Shown here piece by piece: positions 58,543 through 64,000 of a stretch of 64,000 bases of DNA. Each line of letters opens with the position of its first letter. Within the stretch, counting starts at the first letter, position 1. Position numbers and translations under genes: made by a program. The notes under the pieces are model-generated. The model did not search any database. It was given only the letters and a program-made list of their open reading frames with translations, and was not told where the DNA came from. This DNA comes from a virus, in IMG/VR virus record IMGVR_UViG_3300046820_003928, positions 32,001 through 96,000 of that record; one strand, given 5' to 3'.

Positions 58543-58552
58543 TAAATATCAC
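58543..58552 (-). promoter_or_regulatory. Putative late promoter GTGATATTTA
   Basis: Exact repeat of the motif. Confidence 0.7.
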
Positions 58553-58573
58553 ACTTTTTAGTTCGCAGGTAAA

Positions 58574-60355
58574 TCAATTAGCTGTGTAAAACCTGGCTAG
58601 ACTTGCAGGTATTCCGTCTGATCCTATTCTAATGTCTCCGATTGAAATGTCAACTGTTTGATTTTGAATGAGATTTATTTCTGTAAGTGAAAGTTTGTAA
58701 TTTATGCCATCAAATCCTGTTGTCGAAATCAAAGAAAGCGATTCTCCCTCTCTTGTGACATCAAGATATTCGGGATCAAAGTAGATCCTAATCCTGCTGT
58801 GTCCGCTGTCCTTGATTAGATCGCTGAAGAAATCACCCAGAATATTGACATTTGGATATGGCTTTGGTGCACCAGCAGTAGAGATCCTAGAAACAAGAAG
58901 TTTTCCTGTTATTCTATCAAATCTTACACGGAATTGCTCAGAAAAAGAAGAAGAGTATCCGTGAGCATCAATACAGCACAGGGCGTAGATGTAATCGCTG
59001 GAAAAATCAACGAAGGTTGTATCAAGATAACTCTTCTTTGGACCTGACTCTATTTGAATCTTGCTCTCAGGAATTGTCTCTCCTGACGTGTATGGCAAAA
59101 TTGTGTTATCAAAATTGATCTCTCTTATGATTGAGAAGGGATCATTTATACTCTTCCTTCTAAAGACCTGAAATCTCTTGATATCTTTTTGTGGATTAGA
59201 GGGAAAGTTCCATCGAATGTATAGTCCAGAAAGTGTCTGCTGGAAGGAAATGTTGACCGGTGGGTCGGGAGGAATTATCTCAATGCAGTCAACAGTTGCA
59301 AATTCACCAGTAGATGCAAATAAAGAAATTGCGACAGAAAACCCTTCAGGCGTAGGAAATGATGATGTATCTGCAAGAGAAAAAACAGACGAATAAATCG
59401 TTCTAATCTTGTACTTGTATGTTGCTCCGTACCTTACTTGTGTATCCTGGTATGAGCTGATTGTGGGATCTTCAATTACTATATCTGGGTAACGAAGCGT
59501 TGAACCGTCAAGCTGCTCACCATATTTCTCAATAATATAGCCAACTTTTCCGCTTCGAAGACCCGATGTCTCTGTTCCCGATCGAAAAAAATTAGAATAA
59601 ACAGTCTCAATTTCAACGTCAATTTCATTTTCTGTTATTCTAAAGGGATCAAATGCCGTAGATTTTGCCCTATCCTGAACGGGAACTGATTCATTATACG
59701 CTGCTGCAAATTCATCAGCATATGCAGATGCTTGCCATCGTGCAGAAGTCTCAAGAATATCAGATACAAATAGGTTATTCAGAGACAGGCCAAGATTTAC
59801 TGCTTTTACATCGGTCTCATATAAGTTTGTTATCTCTGAACGTGTGTCTGCCTCGGAAAATTTAAGACCAGACGACTGTTGCCTTCCTGCGCTAAGAAAA
59901 TCTCTTGTCGATGCATTCGTTGCAGAAACATCCGACGAGCTTGCAAAGCTGTAGATCTTCTCATCGACTGCGGTGTCATGAATGAGAATTCCCGAAAAAT
60001 TATTATCAAAGGGTGCATCCTCGTAGATTAGCTTTCCTTGATCGATTGCGTTGCTAATCGTCAACCCCTCGGGCAGTGAAGTATTTTCATATTCAGTATT
60101 TGATGAAAATGAAAGGTTCACAACTCGAGGTAGAACTCCATTTTCATAGTTTTCAGATACAAAAAGATATTGATCAGTGTCTGCATCGATTGAATCTAAG
60201 AAAGTCTCCTCAGAGACTCCTTCGTCTCTTGTGTAGTAGTTGTACACAAACTCTGCTTCTATTTTTTCACTTTTTGGAAAGTAAATGTAATAGAAAGGAA
60301 TGCTTACAGATGAAGTTGCGAAGAGAAGATCAGAATCTGTAATGTATGAAGACAT
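58574..60355 (-). CDS. Fibronectin type III-containing structural protein
   Basis: YQDTQVRYGATYKYKIR; PPDPP.NI......LYIRWNFP...FQVFRR...YIYAL..IDAHG.SS.FS. Confidence 0.65.
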   Translation of the reverse strand: MSSYITDSDLLFATSSVSIPFYYIYFPKSEKIEAEFVYNYYTRDEGVSEETFLDSIDADTDQYLFVSENYENGVLPRVVNLSFSSNTEYENTSLPEGLTISNAIDQGKLIYEDAPFDNNFSGILIHDTAVDEKIYSFASSSDVSATNASTRDFLSAGRQQSSGLKFSEADTRSEITNLYETDVKAVNLGLSLNNLFVSDILETSARWQASAYADEFAAAYNESVPVQDRAKSTAFDPFRITENEIDVEIETVYSNFFRSGTETSGLRSGKVGYIIEKYGEQLDGSTLRYPDIVIEDPTISSYQDTQVRYGATYKYKIRTIYSSVFSLADTSSFPTPEGFSVAISLFASTGEFATVDCIEIIPPDPPVNISFQQTLSGLYIRWNFPSNPQKDIKRFQVFRRKSINDPFSIIREINFDNTILPYTSGETIPESKIQIESGPKKSYLDTTFVDFSSDYIYALCCIDAHGYSSSFSEQFRVRFDRITGKLLVSRISTAGAPKPYPNVNILGDFFSDLIKDSGHSRIRIYFDPEYLDVTREGESLSLISTTGFDGINYKLSLTEINLIQNQTVDISIGDIRIGSDGIPASLARFYTAN

Positions 60356-63300
60356 TATGAGTTTATCCTTGCATAAAATTCTGTAAGAACATTTCCTACA
60401 TTTTTTCCTTCATATAGAACATATACGATCTTGTCAAACAGAGGTGAAGATTCAAGGTCATCAAGCATTGTTGTAGTTATAAAGTCTCTGTGCATCATTA
60501 TCATAGATCTAAGCCTTGCATATTCGAGTGCTCTATCTGCATCCTCAGTCCCATATCCAGCTGCTATAAGGATCTCATTGGCTGTGATGAGCTCTGGATA
60601 GTCTCGTGACATGGGGGTTTTTGTAGTAGCATACCTTACATATAGACCGTAAACGTCCTCAAGATATGACTGCAATGCTGCCTGGACCACTGCAGAAGAG
60701 TAATCGATGGATCTCTGATTTTCTGTCATTTCAGATCTAAATAGAGTTGAAAGAGAAGAAAGACCAGAGTTCGACACTAGATACCCGATGCTATTATCGG
60801 ATAGATCGCTTGGTCTTGCATTTGATTCAAAGTCATCATACATTCCAACGATGAGACTATTGAACGGACCTCCAGTATCTGGTCTATTGTTTTTTGCAGA
60901 TTCAATATACTTGAACTGGTAATCTATTTTGTTTTCATCAGTTTCTGCAGAGACATCGTCAGCAAAAAGATCAACTCCAAAATAAAACTTTCTTTCGGAT
61001 TGAGCAAGTCGTAATCTCTCGAGTAGGCCGTACGGGATACCCACTATACAGACTTGAAGGTCTGATCTTTCTGGTATCCTGTCTTTAAAAACTGCCTCAA
61101 TTATCGATCTATAGTTTTGTGACCTTGTCGCAATCGTGCTTATGCTTGTTCCGGGTATAAGTGTCTGGTATCTTTGTGATCTATAGAGAAGCTCAACAAT
61201 TGACTCTGGTGTTAGATATCTTCCAGCGATCCTTGATGCTCTGTCTGAATCTCCGCCATATTGTCCTGCTATTATTGAGATTTGATTTTCAATCTGCCTA
61301 ATTGCACTAACTTGGGAATTCAGCGTGGTTAACTGATACGCAATGAGAGAAATCAAGTCTTGAGATACCTGAAGTGAGAATTTCACAGGAGATCTTGCGA
61401 ACTTAAAAAATGACTCCTGTCCTATGTCAATATCTGACTGTTCAGGGGATTCTCCTGTGATTATCTGATAGTATTCGAAATCAAGATCACTTGCCTGAGT
61501 ATTCTCAAAGGCTCCTCTCAAAGATTCAACAAGAAATGCAGCAGATGATCTGAACCACTCAATCGAACCTCTAAACCTGTTGTTTGACTCATTATAAGAA
61601 AGTGCAATTCTAAGTCTTAGCTTTCTAATGAAGTAAAGAAACATTGTAAAAGCTGAGATTTTTATCTTTCTTCTTAGACTTTCTGATGTTGAAATTGCTG
61701 GGTACTTTGTCTCAAGTACACCTAGAATTCCATCAAAAATACCAAGAATTCCACTTGAGGCAAAGATGTTGCTAAATGTATCTTCGTAGTTGTCTCCCTT
61801 TCCAAAGTCTATCTCAGATTTTGCCTGATTTTTCTGGATTTGATCACCAGTTCCTGTTCTTGTTTTGGTAAAATCAGACTTGCTATCTTTGACAAATCCA
61901 GTTGAAAAAGTAAATTTATCATATCCATCACTTTCATTAAAGATGTCGTCTCTGGATCGAAAGAGATCACTTTCAGGATTTTCATTCATAATCTTGGAAA
62001 GAAGCATGAGAGCATTTTCATCATTCTTGGATGCAAGACCAAACATTATCATTCTAAGGGTGTCTAATTCGCTTGGTGAATCTGAACAAAGCGAGACGTT
62101 TATTGCATGTCCAAAATAATCATAGAAAGCTCTCAGAACTGTCAATGCACACTGGTTCGTTATTACGGCTCTATTTTCAGAAGGAAATCTTGAAAGAGAT
62201 CCGGCAATTTCATCGATTCCAGATTTTATCAAAGCAAGATCTTCTAGTTTTTTAATCAAAATGTCTTCAATAGGAGAATAAATGTTAGATTCATTGACAT
62301 TAGAACTAATAAAACTGTCAAATAGTGATAAAATCTGACCTTCAGAAGTTTCCACAAATCGTATAGAGTCCTCGGTTGTCTGATTGATAGTAATGTTTAC
62401 CAGATCGTCCGGAAGAAAGGCAGAAATTCTTCCCGCATCTTCTCTTCCTGGACGAATTGAAACTGGGAGGCTTTCTAGCTGCGAAAATCCAGACACTTCC
62501 ATTATTTCATATGCAAGAAATACCGGAATCTGTCTAATAAACTCTGTTGTAGCAGCATCATTTCTAATTGCATATCCGAATTTAAAGGCAAGAGAGTTTC
62601 CGTAAGATATGTTATTGTCAATGGCAGCCTGCTCAATTTCATTATAATTGTTAGATGCAGAATAAAATTCAGCAACCTTTGCAATCGATGATTTTGCAAA
62701 GGATAGATTAGAATTCATTGATATTCTATCGGATGTAAAATCCTGAAGCTTTGCCACAGTAAATGCATCGACATCATCATATGGATTTAGATAACCAAAT
62801 TCATCGATATCATTTAGCCTAATTCCCTGAGTTATCTGAAAAAGAGCTGCCTTTAAAATCTGATATTGTCTTGTGGTCTTTATCTGGCTATTTCTCTCAA
62901 ATTCAGATCCAGCAGGGCCAATCTTCTTTCCTATGAATCTGTCAACCATCTGAGAGTAGATGTCTTTGTTTGAGCTATTGTATTTTGAAACATCGTCATC
63001 GACATAGTCGACTGACATATTTCCAAAGTCTCCCGTATCTGAACTTGTAAAAGAAAATGAAAATGCAGATGGTCCAGCAGGTCCTAGCACGTTTCTAGGT
63101 TCTGCAACTGTTGTAGCAGAGTCTATCGACACGCTTAAAAGTTCTGAATCTGTGGGCGTGGTAATTTTTGTTGTATCAATAATTTGCTCTTTTAGAGACC
63201 CAATCTCTATGAGAGCTTTTGAGACTGTATTGTATTTAGAAAGATTCTCGTTGCGCCGTGACGCAATGACTTCCGGCGCCGTTGGAGATCCGTCACTCAG

Positions 63301-63804
63301 AACTGAGCCCAGGCTAAGATAGTATTGATTTACTATATCATTTGCCTTTGTAACCGTTGAATCCCTGAGATCATTCTGGATCTCATATATTGACCCAAGA
63401 TTTGTAGGAACATCTCCCTTAAAGAGGTTTGTTAGAGGAAACGTCCCAAGTATAACAGGATAGCCACTGCAAATTCCGCTTCCGGTAATCTCTGTGTCAT
63501 AAATCGTTGAATCATATGAAAAGACTGTGCTAGTAATTTCGGGTATTGTTCTTGCTTCAACACCAAGTGATCCTGCTGCCCCTACAGCAGCAGTATTCGG
63601 TATTGTAACTCTAAATGCAGGATTTGAAGGTTCTTCACTATCACTTATAACAGCAGGAGATACCTGTGAAAGTGTTGCAGGAATTACCGGGATAGTCACA
63701 GCAAGGCTGGGAGATCCGTAATCCGAAATTCTTAGCTGATTAGGCTTTGCAGCGGAGACATTTGAAGCTGAGATTTTTGATCTTGTTGTATCTTCTATTG
63801 GCAC
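60355..63804 (-). CDS. Large hypothetical (probable virion) protein
   Basis: 1149-aa ORF with overlapping start and stop junctions. Confidence 0.65.
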   Translation of the reverse strand: MPIEDTTRSKISASNVSAAKPNQLRISDYGSPSLAVTIPVIPATLSQVSPAVISDSEEPSNPAFRVTIPNTAAVGAAGSLGVEARTIPEITSTVFSYDSTIYDTEITGSGICSGYPVILGTFPLTNLFKGDVPTNLGSIYEIQNDLRDSTVTKANDIVNQYYLSLGSVLSDGSPTAPEVIASRRNENLSKYNTVSKALIEIGSLKEQIIDTTKITTPTDSELLSVSIDSATTVAEPRNVLGPAGPSAFSFSFTSSDTGDFGNMSVDYVDDDVSKYNSSNKDIYSQMVDRFIGKKIGPAGSEFERNSQIKTTRQYQILKAALFQITQGIRLNDIDEFGYLNPYDDVDAFTVAKLQDFTSDRISMNSNLSFAKSSIAKVAEFYSASNNYNEIEQAAIDNNISYGNSLAFKFGYAIRNDAATTEFIRQIPVFLAYEIMEVSGFSQLESLPVSIRPGREDAGRISAFLPDDLVNITINQTTEDSIRFVETSEGQILSLFDSFISSNVNESNIYSPIEDILIKKLEDLALIKSGIDEIAGSLSRFPSENRAVITNQCALTVLRAFYDYFGHAINVSLCSDSPSELDTLRMIMFGLASKNDENALMLLSKIMNENPESDLFRSRDDIFNESDGYDKFTFSTGFVKDSKSDFTKTRTGTGDQIQKNQAKSEIDFGKGDNYEDTFSNIFASSGILGIFDGILGVLETKYPAISTSESLRRKIKISAFTMFLYFIRKLRLRIALSYNESNNRFRGSIEWFRSSAAFLVESLRGAFENTQASDLDFEYYQIITGESPEQSDIDIGQESFFKFARSPVKFSLQVSQDLISLIAYQLTTLNSQVSAIRQIENQISIIAGQYGGDSDRASRIAGRYLTPESIVELLYRSQRYQTLIPGTSISTIATRSQNYRSIIEAVFKDRIPERSDLQVCIVGIPYGLLERLRLAQSERKFYFGVDLFADDVSAETDENKIDYQFKYIESAKNNRPDTGGPFNSLIVGMYDDFESNARPSDLSDNSIGYLVSNSGLSSLSTLFRSEMTENQRSIDYSSAVVQAALQSYLEDVYGLYVRYATTKTPMSRDYPELITANEILIAAGYGTEDADRALEYARLRSMIMMHRDFITTTMLDDLESSPLFDKIVYVLYEGKNVGNVLTEFYARINS

Positions 63805-64000
63805 TAGAATCTCCTTGCAAGGCTAATATTTCCACGATTTCCTGAATAAAAGACTGGAATAATAGAAACTGATATTGGTCTCTGGGTTCCTAAGAAATAA
63901 ACTTGTCGACTAAGTCCTGTGGGAGTAGACTTAAACACTTCTTGATCGGCAGTTATCTCAAAATAGTCTATTTCTTCGGTATTTCCTGCTGCATTCCAGG
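63804..64000 (-). CDS. C-terminal end of a hypothetical protein (truncated by window edge)
   Basis: Open frame ...WNAAGNTEEIDYFEI...IIPVFYSGNRGNISLARRF*, with TAG overlapping the next GTG. Confidence 0.6.
   Translation of the reverse strand, partial: WNAAGNTEEIDYFEITADQEVFKSTPTGLSRQVYFLGTQRPISVSIIPVFYSGNRGNISLARRF

Noticed and set aside
264-63721. Numerous plus-strand and alternate-frame ORFs in the ORF track
   Set aside because: They are shadows of real minus-strand genes (codon-bias antisense ORFs), with no RBS or recognisable motifs.
1-64000. Alternative genetic code (stop-codon reassignment, common in jumbo phages)
   Set aside because: Core genes are full length in code 11, and TAA, TAG and TGA all terminate genes at tight junctions.
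1-64000. CRISPR array, tRNA or rRNA genes
   Set aside because: No regularly spaced direct repeats or cloverleaf/T-loop patterns seen; intergenic gaps are nearly all under 120 nt. A tRNAscan/Infernal run would be the formal check.

Overview
This window is a 64-kb segment of a large T4-like (Tevenvirinae-like/jumbo) myophage genome. Essentially every real gene is on the minus strand, packed with 1-4 nt overlaps and read in the standard code. From right to left it carries baseplate/tail proteins, RuvC, primase, a single-chain Mre11-Rad50 (gp47-gp46) fusion, terminase, portal, prohead protease, scaffold, major capsid protein, two Zn-finger homing-endonuclease-like genes and a pair of nucleotidyltransferases (Pol-beta-type; ligase-like fused to HxGH-type). 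It continues with neck proteins, two tandem tail-sheath paralogues, tail tube, a gp26-like gene with a probable frameshift extension, tape measure, baseplate, a minimal PolA-like protein, a degenerate HD protein, SSB, RecA, 5'-3' exonuclease, helicase, an intein-split class II ribonucleotide reductase, ClpP and a type II glutamine synthetase cut by the window edge (absent from the ORF track). The most interesting signals are: (1) the nucleotidyltransferase pair carrying a short L[RK]xx[IV] helix tag shared with head-associated proteins; (2) a U7 slippery site joining the gp26-like and gp51-like frames; (3) two promoter classes (GTGATATTTA-like late; sigma70-like early) that often sit 5-7 nt from start codons, suggesting leaderless mRNAs; (4) the mini-PolA/pseudo-HD pair; (5) the GSII gene. 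All product calls come from motif recognition and synteny, not database searches.
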